A stretch of 64,000 nt of DNA from Planctomycetota bacterium (GTDB lineage: Bacteria; Planctomycetota; UBA8108; SXIK01): positions 7,072,001 to 7,136,000 of the forward strand of contig OZ244999.1 in NCBI GenBank assembly GCA_965223265.1. Direction: 5' to 3'. Positions 46,236-55,829 of the stretch are shown here, in pieces. Positions within the stretch are counted from its first letter, which is position 1. The number at the start of each line of letters is the position of its first letter. The notes under the pieces were generated by a model that had not been told where the DNA came from, made no database searches, and was given only the letters and a program-made list of their open reading frames with translations. The position numbers were made by a program, and so were the translations under genes.

Positions 46236-48989
46236 TCAACGATCGCGCGTCGCACTGCCCGCCTGCAGGTCGAGCTGCAGTTTCAGGATCGACTGAAGAA
46301 CGCGTTCAGCATCCCAGCGTCGCTCCGCCTTGCGCTCCAGCATGCCGGCAAGCAAGAGCTCGGTGCCTTCAGGAAACCCTTCAAGGTATCGCGGCTCCAC
46401 TTTGATCGTTCTTTCAAGGTTGGCGACCATCACCGCCTTTCCTTTCAGTCCCGGAAAAGGCGGCCGGCGCACAATCATCTCGTAGGCGAGGACGCCGAGG
46501 GCGAACACATCCGCCTTTGGTCCACCACTCTCTCCCTTGATCCTTTCTGGCGCGAGATACCGGGGGGTACCAAGGATCGGTGTTTTCTCGACTCGATAGC
46601 CGCGGTCCTGATCGCGCGTACGAAACGAAATGCCGAAATCCGCGATCTTTACCCTCGCGACGTTCGGCTGACTCGCCAGATCTCCGAGGATTTCGTACCA
46701 GTTCCCGTCGCGGCGAAACCAGTCGCGAAGCGTTGCAACCACCGCACGTCGTCCCGTGTCGTGTTCGGCCAGTTCGCGGTAAATTGCCAGGATTTGCTGA
46801 AACATCTCACGTGCTAGATCGGACTGATACTGTCCGCGCGCTAGGTGCGCCCCTTCGAGCAGCGTCTGTACCGCCTTGGAAAACTCTCGACAGCCGCAAT
46901 AGTGCTGTGCGCGCAGCTGCAAGAGTTCCGCTGACTCGGTGATCGGAGCGGCACCAAGGAGTCGACAAACCGCGCGATGAAGATGCGGTCGCTCGCTGCG
47001 AGGGAACTGATCCGCGATATAACTCTGAAAAGCGTGATTGGTGAAGCCGTACCACGTCCGACTCTCCTCGGTAAAAAACCCTTCTGTGATCATCGTACGG
47101 ACGATGAAGAACAGGGCTGTCTCATCGATCGATGAGAATTTCAGGAGCGTATCGAAAAGGAAACGCTTGCCGATGAACGCGGCGTGCTCCAAAACACGCT
47201 GCTCGACCTTTCCTAAGGCGCGGTACCGGGCGTGAAGGTTCTTCCCTTCTTCGAGTTCCAGTGTTTGCGCGCGCGGCCGGTAGATCACACCACGCTTGCC
47301 GTCAGGTCGTAGAATGCCGCGAGCCACGAAGCCCTGAAGAATACTCAGGAGTTTGTAGAAATTTCCTCCGCTCAAACGGCACACGTCGGCCGCGAGTGAC
47401 GTGTCCGACCCCAAGCCAGGGAACAGCTGTTGAAGATAACGCTGGATCTGGTATTCGGTCATCGGTCGGAGATAAAGCTGCTTCGTGACGTCCGCGACGG
47501 TCTCGAGAAACGGTTTCAGGACCGCATTCTCACGCAGTTCGTCCGGGTCGAGTGTGGCGACGAGAAAGAGCCGCCGCTCCTGGGCGCACAGGGCCCCGAT
47601 CAACTCGACGTAGAGAGGTGAAGCGCCTCCGAAATTGAGCAAACGGAGAATCACCGGGGCGTCAACCGTTCGAAAGTACTCGATCAGATCGTCGACGAGG
47701 GTCTTGACACGAATGGATGTTCCCGGGCGCATCGAGAAAATCTGCTCATAGAGAAGCGGCAGACCCTCGATCCTCGAACAGTCCAGCTCGTAGAGGAGAG
47801 CCTCGTCCATCGGTGAGGTGAGGCTGAGCGTTCCCTCCTGCACCGCTTCCAGGAACTCGCTCACGAGCCGATCCTTGCCCACGCCTGACTCGCCCTCGAC
47901 AAGCGTCAAGTAACCTCGACCAGACTGGGTTCGCTGCAAGTAGTGGCGAAGAAACCTCGTCTCCGAACGCCGCTCGAAGTAGGGAGGATCGACAAGAGCC
48001 TCTTCGAGAAAGTGATCTAGTTCCCGCTTCTTCGACGCGTCCACGGCTGCCGACTGCACCAACTCGGCGGAGCCCTCCGCCGTGACGTTCTCAAACTCCA
48101 GGATTCCTCCGGCGTCGTCGAGCTCTCCCCCGCCATCGGCTCTCCTTTCTCGATCACTCGACGGTGTCGCCTCCGTCGCCAACAGCACGTTCGCGGGTTT
48201 GATATCGCTGTGAACAACACCCTGACGGTGCGCCGCGGCGATTCCGCACGTAGCCTGCCTCAAGAGCTCTATGACCTCGCTGGGCGACAACTTTTGCCGG
48301 CGAATTGTCTGATACAAACTCTCGCCCTGGACGAACTCCATCGATATGAAGTGATGATCCGCATCGACCCCGTATTCATAGATCTGAATAACGTTCGGGT
48401 GATTGATCTCGCGCGCCAGGACCGCTTCACGGTTGTGAAAAAAGTCGAGAAACGCCTCACGGCGACCGATCTGGCTGCGGATGAATTTCACCGCGAGCTG
48501 CCGCTTGGAATCTAGGTCGATCGCCCTGTAGACCGTGCCCATGCCGCCCTGACCAAGCCGTTCAAGAAGTTGAAACTTCCCGAGTCGACGCGGCAGAACT
48601 TCCTTCCTCTGTTTCCCGTTCACTCGACTGCGGCTCTGGAGCGCCGCAGTGACGAGTCCGCTGAGAGGTTCCGTCGGTTGCCCTGGAGCAGCACTCCCTT
48701 CGAAGTCGGAGACGTGGAACTCGAGATGCTCCTCGCCGAGTGTGATCATATCACCGTGTGTCAGCCGGGTCTCCGAGGAGATGCGTTCGCCGTTGACGAC
48801 CGTGCCATTCGTACTCCCAAGATCGACGATGACGAAATGCTCATCGCGACGGTGAATGCGGGCGTGCTGTCGCGACACACTCTTCGCGCGCACGTCGCAA
48901 TCCGCAGCCCCTCGTCCGATGAGGCACGTCTCGCCGAGGTCGAAGACCTTCTGCGACTGCCCCACACGATTCCATAGCAGCCTGGCCAT
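46236..48989 (-). CDS. FHA-domain Ser/Thr protein kinase split by an inserted degenerate AAA_16/STAND NTPase-TPR module
   Basis: FHA (IGR, VSRQHA, DLGSTNGT), GQGGMGTVY, AVK, HSDIKPAN at aa 260-267, then GESGVGKD module, then DFG at aa 784, GTPRYLAPE, DVFALG. Confidence 0.88.
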   Translation of the reverse strand: MARLLWNRVGQSQKVFDLGETCLIGRGAADCDVRAKSVSRQHARIHRRDEHFVIVDLGSTNGTVVNGERISSETRLTHGDMITLGEEHLEFHVSDFEGSAAPGQPTEPLSGLVTAALQSRSRVNGKQRKEVLPRRLGKFQLLERLGQGGMGTVYRAIDLDSKRQLAVKFIRSQIGRREAFLDFFHNREAVLAREINHPNVIQIYEYGVDADHHFISMEFVQGESLYQTIRRQKLSPSEVIELLRQATCGIAAAHRQGVVHSDIKPANVLLATEATPSSDRERRADGGGELDDAGGILEFENVTAEGSAELVQSAAVDASKKRELDHFLEEALVDPPYFERRSETRFLRHYLQRTQSGRGYLTLVEGESGVGKDRLVSEFLEAVQEGTLSLTSPMDEALLYELDCSRIEGLPLLYEQIFSMRPGTSIRVKTLVDDLIEYFRTVDAPVILRLLNFGGASPLYVELIGALCAQERRLFLVATLDPDELRENAVLKPFLETVADVTKQLYLRPMTEYQIQRYLQQLFPGLGSDTSLAADVCRLSGGNFYKLLSILQGFVARGILRPDGKRGVIYRPRAQTLELEEGKNLHARYRALGKVEQRVLEHAAFIGKRFLFDTLLKFSSIDETALFFIVRTMITEGFFTEESRTWYGFTNHAFQSYIADQFPRSERPHLHRAVCRLLGAAPITESAELLQLRAQHYCGCREFSKAVQTLLEGAHLARGQYQSDLAREMFQQILAIYRELAEHDTGRRAVVATLRDWFRRDGNWYEILGDLASQPNVARVKIADFGISFRTRDQDRGYRVEKTPILGTPRYLAPERIKGESGGPKADVFALGVLAYEMIVRRPPFPGLKGKAVMVANLERTIKVEPRYLEGFPEGTELLLAGMLERKAERRWDAERVLQSILKLQLDLQAGSATRDR

Positions 48990-49118
48990 ACGATGAGTTT
49001 AGCACGCGGATTCATGCGCATCATCGCTGGGAGACAGGTTCAGGGTGACAAACAACGCGGGGGCTAACTCACCGATGGCGGTCGATCGCGCTCCCGGCGG
49101 TTGCAAAAGCCGTATTAA

Positions 49119-49274
49119 CAGGAGGCCTGAAAGAGTGATTCGAGCCGAAAACTGGGTCCCGTCGAGTCCAGATCGGCTGCGCCCGTTGAAAAAGTCATTC
49201 GGCCGAGAAACTGACCTCTTCACGCCCAAATCGACCGCGTCAATCGTCGAAAAATCTCGAAGAATACCTCGCTG
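49119..49274 (-). mobile_element. MITE copy with an internal inversion
   Basis: TTAA on both sides (49115-49118, 49275-49278); 49119-49180 matches one arm; 49181-49272 is the reverse complement of the rest of the 51823 copy. Confidence 0.75.
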
Positions 49275-49284
49275 TTAACTCCCG

Positions 49285-49527
49285 TCAGGTCGGGGAACTT
49301 TGGCTGTCGCACGAGGCGCCGCGGATCAGCGCATCCACCTTGGCAAGGGTCAGCTGTGGATCTGTTTCGCGGTCGCACTCCTCCAACCAGGTCTCGATTT
49401 CATCAAGGGTCGAACGGACGACATGAAGTTTGCCATAGACCTTGGCCAGCGTGACCTCGGCTGTAGTGCCTGGGATCACCTGGTCCGAGTTTGGCCCGTT
49501 TTGTGAGTTGGGGATCTGATAGTGCAT
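49285..49527 (-). CDS. Small hypothetical protein (80 aa)
   Basis: ATG with purine-rich upstream (AGAGAGAAG), amphipathic helical pattern, occupies otherwise empty intergenic space. Confidence 0.5.
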   Translation of the reverse strand: MHYQIPNSQNGPNSDQVIPGTTAEVTLAKVYGKLHVVRSTLDEIETWLEECDRETDPQLTLAKVDALIRGASCDSQSSPT

Positions 49528-49720
49528 GACGCTTCTCTCTACGACTCTTGCGCTTCATGGAGACGACGTGACCCGACCCAGCGCAGGGCCCGGTAACGAT
49601 CACGGTCCGAGAAAGTTACCATCCTGCCGCAGAATCGGCGAATCCATCGCAAATGGCTTGAAAGCCTACGCCTTCGGCTGCTTACGGTGAGCGGTTGACA
49701 GGACAGTCCCAGTGTGCCGG

Positions 49721-51787
49721 TCAGGAGCTCGCGTCGAGCTCGCGGGCCAGCTCTGCAACCCCAGTCACCGGAGCCCGACAGGCGAAGTCGCGGCAGACAT
49801 ACGCTGTGGCTTGACCTTGGATCGCTTTCTTCCCGGCCAGCAGCGGCACCACCTCCGCAAGGTCGCTGCTGGGTTCCTCGCACGCGGCAAGCACCCGCCG
49901 CGGTAGAAAGCGAGAGTGAATCGCCCGCAGCAAAGGCCTCGACTCTTCTGCATCACCGACAATTGCGACTTCGAGCGCTGGCCGCTGAAGCATGTCGACC
50001 GAGAGCAAAGTGTAAGCCATCGCAATCGGCGCACGCTGGACGAAGTCCGCGGCGCTGCGCAGAGCCGCTTCGGCCCGATCGCGATACGTCGCACGCCCCG
50101 TAAGGCGCTCCGCACGCAGCAGGGTGAGGGTCATCACTGCGCTCGCACTCGGCGTTGCATTGTCAAGGTATTGCTTTTGTCGACAGATGAGCTCCTCGTG
50201 GTCGTGCGCCGTGTAGTAAAACCCTCCCGCGGCGTCATCCCAGAACCCATCCAAGACCGCATCGCAGATCTCCAAGGCAAACTTAAGGTGGCGCAGGTCA
50301 AAGGTTGCCTCGTAGAGATCAACCAGCGCCTCCGCAAGATAGGCATAGTCGTCGAGACACGCCGCGTGGCGCGCTTGGCCATCTTTCAGCGTCCGCAGCA
50401 AGCGACTGCTACGCCACAGCTCGGAGCGTATTCGATCAACGGCGCTTTCCGCCGCAGTGCGGTATCGACTCTCCTCAAACACCTGGTAGCCGCGAGCCAT
50501 CGCAGAAATCATCAGGCCGTTCCAGGCGGTGATCAGCTTTTCGTCGCGAAACGGCGCCGGACGCGAAAGCCGCGCCTCATAGAGCTTCTTGCGGCCTCGT
50601 TCGACGCACGCCTCGACGTCGTCGGTCTCCATGCCGAGGAGGGAGGCAACGGCATCCGGCCCGCGCGCCACGTGCGGGATGCTTGTCCGGTGCTCGAAGT
50701 TACCGCGCTCGGTGATGTTGAAGTATTCGCAGACGACGCGCCCCTCCTCGCGACCCAAAACGTCGATGACATCCTCCGGCCGCCAGACGAAGAATCTACC
50801 TTCCTCACCCTCGCTGTCGGCGTCGGTGGCCGAGAAGAATCCGCCACTGCGATCCCGCATCTCCCGCAGTGCATAGTCGAGAGTCTCCTCGGCGACGCGA
50901 CGGAAAAGCGGCCGCTTCGTCGCTTGCCACGCTTCGATGTAGATGCGCGCCAGGAGCGCGTTGTCGTAGAGCATCTTCTCGAAGTGAGGTACCAACCAGC
51001 GGCGATCTGTCGCATAGCGGTGGAAGCCGCCGCCGATTTGGTCGTACATCCCGCCACTGGCCATGGCGTTCAGCGTCGTCACCACTTGAGACAAAATCGT
51101 CTCGTCGTCGCGCGTCACGGCACAGCGAAGTAGAAACGATAGATCGAACGATCTGGGAAACTTTGGTGCAGGGCCGAAGCCGCCGAACTCAGCGTCAAAC
51201 GTGCGATCGAAGGCGGCGAGCGCGGCGTCCAGCGCATCGTCGTCGGGTAGCTTGTCAGCGACAGGATGGATCTCGGCGCGCCGGAGTCGCTCCGTGATCT
51301 CGGCGCCTGCGGCTTCGATCGTGTCGCGTTGCTCACGATAAGCTCGCGCCACATGCCGGAGGATATCCGGAAATCCCGGCCGACCTCCTTGGGCTCGCGG
51401 CGGAAAATAGGTTCCGCCCCAGAAGGGACGCAAATCTGGCGTCAAGAAGAGACTCATGGGCCAGCCGCCGGAACCGGTCAGCATCTGCACGGCATTCATG
51501 TAGATCGAATCGATGTCGGGGCGCTCCTCGCGGTCGACTTTGATGTTCACAAACTCCGCGTTCATGATCGCGGCTGTCGACGAGCTCTCGAACGATTCGC
51601 GCTCCATGACATGACACCAGTGGCACGACGAGTAGCCGACCGAGAGAAAGATCGGGCGGTCGAGATCCTTGGCGCGACGGAGAGCCTCCTCGCCCCACGG
51701 GTACCAGTCGACGGGGTTGGTCGCGTGCTGCAGGAGATACGGGCTCGTCGCGTGGGCAAGCCGGTTACTTGTCGTTCCGTCGGTCAC
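49721..51787 (-). CDS. Thioredoxin-domain protein YyaL/SSP411 (DUF255)
   Basis: [52 protein letters not shown]. Confidence 0.95.
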   Translation of the reverse strand: MTDGTTSNRLAHATSPYLLQHATNPVDWYPWGEEALRRAKDLDRPIFLSVGYSSCHWCHVMERESFESSSTAAIMNAEFVNIKVDREERPDIDSIYMNAVQMLTGSGGWPMSLFLTPDLRPFWGGTYFPPRAQGGRPGFPDILRHVARAYREQRDTIEAAGAEITERLRRAEIHPVADKLPDDDALDAALAAFDRTFDAEFGGFGPAPKFPRSFDLSFLLRCAVTRDDETILSQVVTTLNAMASGGMYDQIGGGFHRYATDRRWLVPHFEKMLYDNALLARIYIEAWQATKRPLFRRVAEETLDYALREMRDRSGGFFSATDADSEGEEGRFFVWRPEDVIDVLGREEGRVVCEYFNITERGNFEHRTSIPHVARGPDAVASLLGMETDDVEACVERGRKKLYEARLSRPAPFRDEKLITAWNGLMISAMARGYQVFEESRYRTAAESAVDRIRSELWRSSRLLRTLKDGQARHAACLDDYAYLAEALVDLYEATFDLRHLKFALEICDAVLDGFWDDAAGGFYYTAHDHEELICRQKQYLDNATPSASAVMTLTLLRAERLTGRATYRDRAEAALRSAADFVQRAPIAMAYTLLSVDMLQRPALEVAIVGDAEESRPLLRAIHSRFLPRRVLAACEEPSSDLAEVVPLLAGKKAIQGQATAYVCRDFACRAPVTGVAELARELDASS

Positions 51788-51822
51788 GCGAAAGTCATCA
51801 AACCGTCAGACGTTGCGGTTAA

Positions 51823-51981
51823 CAGCCTGTTGAAAAAGTGCTTCGAGTCGAAAACTGGCCGCTTCGCGTCCAGATCGGCCGCGGCGAACGTAGGTAATCT
51901 CCGAGATTTTCGAGGCTCGCCGCGGTCGATCTGGGCGTGAAGAGGCCAGTTTCTCGGCCGAATGACTTTTTCAACGGGCTG
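51823..51981 (-). mobile_element. MITE copy, reverse orientation
   Basis: CAGCCTGTTGAAAAAGT ... ACTTTTTCAACGGGCTG; TTAA on the left, TGTTAA on the right. Confidence 0.85.
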
Positions 51982-52096
51982 TGTTAAGCGCGGGGAACAG
52001 GTCGCGAGTACATCGCGGGCGACCTCGACACCCGGGCTGGCGGCGACGCTTGTAAGGCGAAACCGTGAATTCGACTTCGCGGGGACACGCCTCACT

Positions 52097-53089
52097 TCAC
52101 CACCCTACCAGCTCGCGGACAGCCTCGACAATCTTGTTCTCAGTTGGCAGGCATGCCGCCTCGAGATCAGCGGCGAACGGCACAGGGTGATCTGCGAACG
52201 CCAGGCGCCGGAGAGGCGCGTCGAGATATTCGAAAGCTCGATCTGCAACGCGGGCGGCGAGCTCGGCACCAAAACCGGAGCTCAGCGGAGCCTCGTGCAC
52301 GAAGAGTACGCGCCCGGTCTCTCGAGCCGCTTTGAGAATCTCGTCCTCGTCGAGTGGCGATAGGACACGCAAGTCTATGACGCGCGCGGAGACGCCGTCT
52401 CGCGCCAGCCGATCGCTCGCCGCGACCGCGGCGTGCACTGGCGCGCCGTACGCAATGATCGCCGCGTCGCTTCCCTTGCGGCGTATGCGCGCGCCTGCCA
52501 ACGTCAAATCGACCTGGTCGAGATCGACTGGGGCGCGAAGTCGTCGATAGAGGTGCTTCTGCTCCATGTACACCACAGGGTTCGGATCGCGAATCGCGGC
52601 GCGCAACAGCGAGTACGCGTCATCGACGAACGCCGGCACAACCACCTTCAGCCCAGGAACGCTCAAGAACCATGCTTCCATGCTCTGCGAGTGGAACGGT
52701 CCGGCGCCCATTCCCGCACCAGCAGGGCAGCGTACGACAAGAGGAACCGGCATATGTGTTCGCCAAAACATCTTCGCGGCCACGTTGACCAGCTGATTGA
52801 AACCGCAGCTGATGAAGTCGGCAAACTGCATCTCGACCACAGGTCGACGCCCGAGAAGTGCCGCACCGACAGCCATGCCGATCGCGCCTGATTCCGCGAT
52901 CGGCGTGTTGACGATGCGTCCCTTGCCGAACCTGTCGACAAACCCGCGCGTCACCTTGAAAGCGCCGCCGTACTCGGCGATGTCTTGCCCCATGAGAAAG
53001 ACGCGGTCATCGCTCGCAAGTTCGGCGTCCAGCGCTGCGGCGATACCATCGAGGTAAGTGATCGATCCACGGTCCACTTCACTCGGCAT
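52097..53089 (-). CDS. 2-oxoacid dehydrogenase E1 beta subunit
   Basis: GQDIAEYGGAFKVT, NTPIAE, EMQFADF, GPFHSQS, IDLRVLSPLD. Confidence 0.93.
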   Translation of the reverse strand: MPSEVDRGSITYLDGIAAALDAELASDDRVFLMGQDIAEYGGAFKVTRGFVDRFGKGRIVNTPIAESGAIGMAVGAALLGRRPVVEMQFADFISCGFNQLVNVAAKMFWRTHMPVPLVVRCPAGAGMGAGPFHSQSMEAWFLSVPGLKVVVPAFVDDAYSLLRAAIRDPNPVVYMEQKHLYRRLRAPVDLDQVDLTLAGARIRRKGSDAAIIAYGAPVHAAVAASDRLARDGVSARVIDLRVLSPLDEDEILKAARETGRVLFVHEAPLSSGFGAELAARVADRAFEYLDAPLRRLAFADHPVPFAADLEAACLPTENKIVEAVRELVGW

Positions 53090-54188
53090 AGGGGCTCCCC
53101 AAACTCGCGCTCGGGTCCGGGTCAGGTGAGGCAGCGGCGGCGTCGACGACCGTGAGAACAAGCTCATGAGCTGCAGTCGCAATGCGTTCGACGTCAGCGG
53201 TCGAAAGATCCCCGGCAGCGACCATTTTCGACTCGAGCGCCTCGAGCGGATCCACCGGTGGATCGGGAGCGACCCGCCGCGCGAACGCGAGCGAATCGTC
53301 ACCCTCAGAATGGCCGCGCAGTCGCCCCACTCGCGCTTCGATGAGCGTCGGTCCAGCGCCGCCTCGGCCGCGCTCGACGGCAGTCGCGACTGCGCTCAGG
53401 ACGGCATCGGCGTCTGTTCCGTCAACCGCGACACCAGGAATGCCGTAGGCATCCCCGCGCGCGGCTAAGCTGCGGCATGCGAACTGCTCGGTCGTTGGTG
53501 TCGAAAACGCGAAGCCATTGTTCTCGATGACGAGCACCAAGGGCAGCGAGTACACGGACGCCATGTTCAGCGCCTCGTGAAAATCACCGGTCGACGTCGC
53601 CCCTTCGCCGACAAAGTGCAGCGCGACCCGCCCGCCCCCTTCCTGCTGCAGCGCGAACGCCACGCCGGCAGCGACCGGAATCATCGCCCCAAGGTGGCTG
53701 ATCATGCCGAAGTGGAGGATTCCGGAGCGTCTGTCGCAATAATTGTAGTGGTACGAACGATCACGCCCGCTCGTGAAACCATCAGCCTTGCCCAACATTT
53801 GACAGGCAAGACGATATAAAACGTTTCGGTCCTGGCGCCGCGAGGTTGGTGCAGTGGGTGCCGCAAAAAAGTGTGGAAAAAGCGTCGCAACATCGAAGTA
53901 GTAGCGCAGTATCGCACCGACATCGCGGTGCAGCGTCAGGAGTGCGTCGCCCGCTTCGAGGCAGTGGGCCGCCGGAACCGTGATCGCTTCGTTGCCGACG
54001 GCGCTGTACCACTTCCCGATGCCGCCAGTCTTGAGAAGTCGTTCAAATCTAACGTCCCATTCGCGTGCGAGGCGCATGAAGGCGTGAATCTCGCGCCACT
54101 GGGTCTCCTTCACACCGCCACGACTTGCGCCCAAGCTCGCCTCGACGGGATCGTGCCCGGTCGGTCGTCGGGTCGATGGGTTCTTCAT
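53079..54188 (-). CDS. 2-oxoacid dehydrogenase E1 alpha subunit (TPP-dependent)
   Basis: ISHLGA, GEGATSTGDFHEALN...ENN TPP motif, RLRGHSEGD. Confidence 0.92.
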   Translation of the reverse strand: MKNPSTRRPTGHDPVEASLGASRGGVKETQWREIHAFMRLAREWDVRFERLLKTGGIGKWYSAVGNEAITVPAAHCLEAGDALLTLHRDVGAILRYYFDVATLFPHFFAAPTAPTSRRQDRNVLYRLACQMLGKADGFTSGRDRSYHYNYCDRRSGILHFGMISHLGAMIPVAAGVAFALQQEGGGRVALHFVGEGATSTGDFHEALNMASVYSLPLVLVIENNGFAFSTPTTEQFACRSLAARGDAYGIPGVAVDGTDADAVLSAVATAVERGRGGAGPTLIEARVGRLRGHSEGDDSLAFARRVAPDPPVDPLEALESKMVAAGDLSTADVERIATAAHELVLTVVDAAAASPDPDPSASLGSPYAE

Positions 54189-54558
54189 AGTTGACTCATG
54201 GCTCGAGACAACGGCGTACCAGCAAAGCTCAGCAATCTCAGGGTGTCAGGATCATTCGGGAGGCCGAGAGGCGCCGCGCCGCATCCTCATCGCCGGATGG
54301 TACCGCCTTTTTCATCTTCGACCAGGGTCCGGGCTGGGCTTCGATAATTCCACCAGCCACGAAAACGTCCCCAACCGCGGACAACCACCGCGGCATCGAT
54401 GCCGCCCGCAAAGGCTGAAGGAGTAGCAGTTTGCGCGATGGACGCCTAACGGGCGTTTCGTCGCTGGGCGATTCCTCCCTACAATTGAAGAATCTCTCCG
54501 CGCGCCCGTCGAACGAAGAGAGTTTCCCACAATCTGCGGACGAACGAGATCGGAGCCC

Positions 54559-55821
54559 ATGCGACACTTTCGGAAGCCGTACCAACTGCTGTTACTTCTC
54601 TCAATCGCGCTGCTTTCCGCGGCGTGTCACAGCGACCGACGCACGCGAGTCATCGTTGTCGACACCGGCATCGTGGTGGCGGATTTCCAGTCGATCGCTG
54701 ACTATGTAGCTGACCCGACGGTGCAGGAAATCCTTCGCTTCATGCCGCGCAACGGAGGCAGTTCACCGCCAACGATTCAGGGCCAATACTTCGCTGATGG
54801 CACGATCGACTCGACGACGATCCCTGGCACCGCGCCAGGTGATGCCGTCACCGCGGAATTCTGTGTCGGGGCCAACGGCGGCAGTCTCATCGACGTCACC
54901 GTTCTCGATCTCTCCGTGCAGGAGGGCGGCGCGCTTTCCTTCATCGAAGGGAGTGGCAACCAGTTCACGATCTACACAGCATTCAAGTCGGTGCAAACGC
55001 TCGCGACTGGAGGCACCTGCGAAATCCACGAGGTCAACATCTACTCCGGCACAGTGGAAGCCGACGGCAGTCTCTCGGACCTCTACATCGGCCAGGGAAT
55101 CGTCGGCATCATCGGAACCTGCAGTACTCTCCTCGTCGGTGACTTCCAGATCTCGCACACGAGCGCAACGCGCACCGCCGACAGCTGCCTAGACGGTTCC
55201 GACCCCGGTTCGTCGCCGGCCGATCCCGGCTTGGTGTTAGCAGAGATTGAGAACAACTTAGTCGTCGACGTTTTGGTCTTCGTCAACGGTGAAGATCTTG
55301 CGACGGCGGTGATTCCGGCGCTCAGTGTCGGAAGCTTCGAGACCGAACCTGGATTCGTGCTCGATTTCGAAAGTGTCCAGCCGATTGCCGGTCAAGATAG
55401 TGACGGCAACGACGTATTGATGGGCGAGATCATCGGCGGAGTCTTTCCCCAAGACCCGGCCGTCGCCGGCGGCAGCAGTCTCTACCTGCTCGAAAACGTA
55501 ATCGGGGACGACACGTTCTTCGCCCCATTGCCTCTCAACGAATCGAACCTTGAGATCTTCTCCGTCGTCAACTCCGGCGTGTTCATTCCGTTCTACCCGG
55601 ACCCGCAGACCGCAGGACTCGACTGCCTCTGCGCCTTGCCGCCCGACCCTGAGCCGTTCTTGGTGGGGTACTACTCGTACTCCCTCCCAGGAATCATCGA
55701 ACCTTCGCAGGCAAACGTGGCGTTCTTCAACGTCGCGGACGAGTCCCAGCTCATCGATCAGTTTCACGGGCCGTTTCCGCTTGAGGACTTTACGGGCGCG
55801 GTCGTCCTACGAGTGGAGTAG
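54559..55821 (+). CDS. Acidic surface lipoprotein, function unknown
   Basis: Signal peptide with LSAAC lipobox; D/E/G/T-rich, beta-strand-like mature part with several cysteines. Confidence 0.7.
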   Translation: MRHFRKPYQLLLLLSIALLSAACHSDRRTRVIVVDTGIVVADFQSIADYVADPTVQEILRFMPRNGGSSPPTIQGQYFADGTIDSTTIPGTAPGDAVTAEFCVGANGGSLIDVTVLDLSVQEGGALSFIEGSGNQFTIYTAFKSVQTLATGGTCEIHEVNIYSGTVEADGSLSDLYIGQGIVGIIGTCSTLLVGDFQISHTSATRTADSCLDGSDPGSSPADPGLVLAEIENNLVVDVLVFVNGEDLATAVIPALSVGSFETEPGFVLDFESVQPIAGQDSDGNDVLMGEIIGGVFPQDPAVAGGSSLYLLENVIGDDTFFAPLPLNESNLEIFSVVNSGVFIPFYPDPQTAGLDCLCALPPDPEPFLVGYYSYSLPGIIEPSQANVAFFNVADESQLIDQFHGPFPLEDFTGAVVLRVE

Positions 55822-55829
55822 CCGACAGC

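Noticed and set aside
46656-48179. Kinase insertion as an intein
   Set aside because: No Cys/Ser-starting block A, no terminal HN followed by C/S/T, no LAGLIDADG motif; the motifs are NTPase/TPR-like.
51784-52095. Short ORFs containing HFFNRLL (also 59292-59603) as transposase fragments
   Set aside because: They are read-throughs of the MITE ends; no DDE motifs are present.
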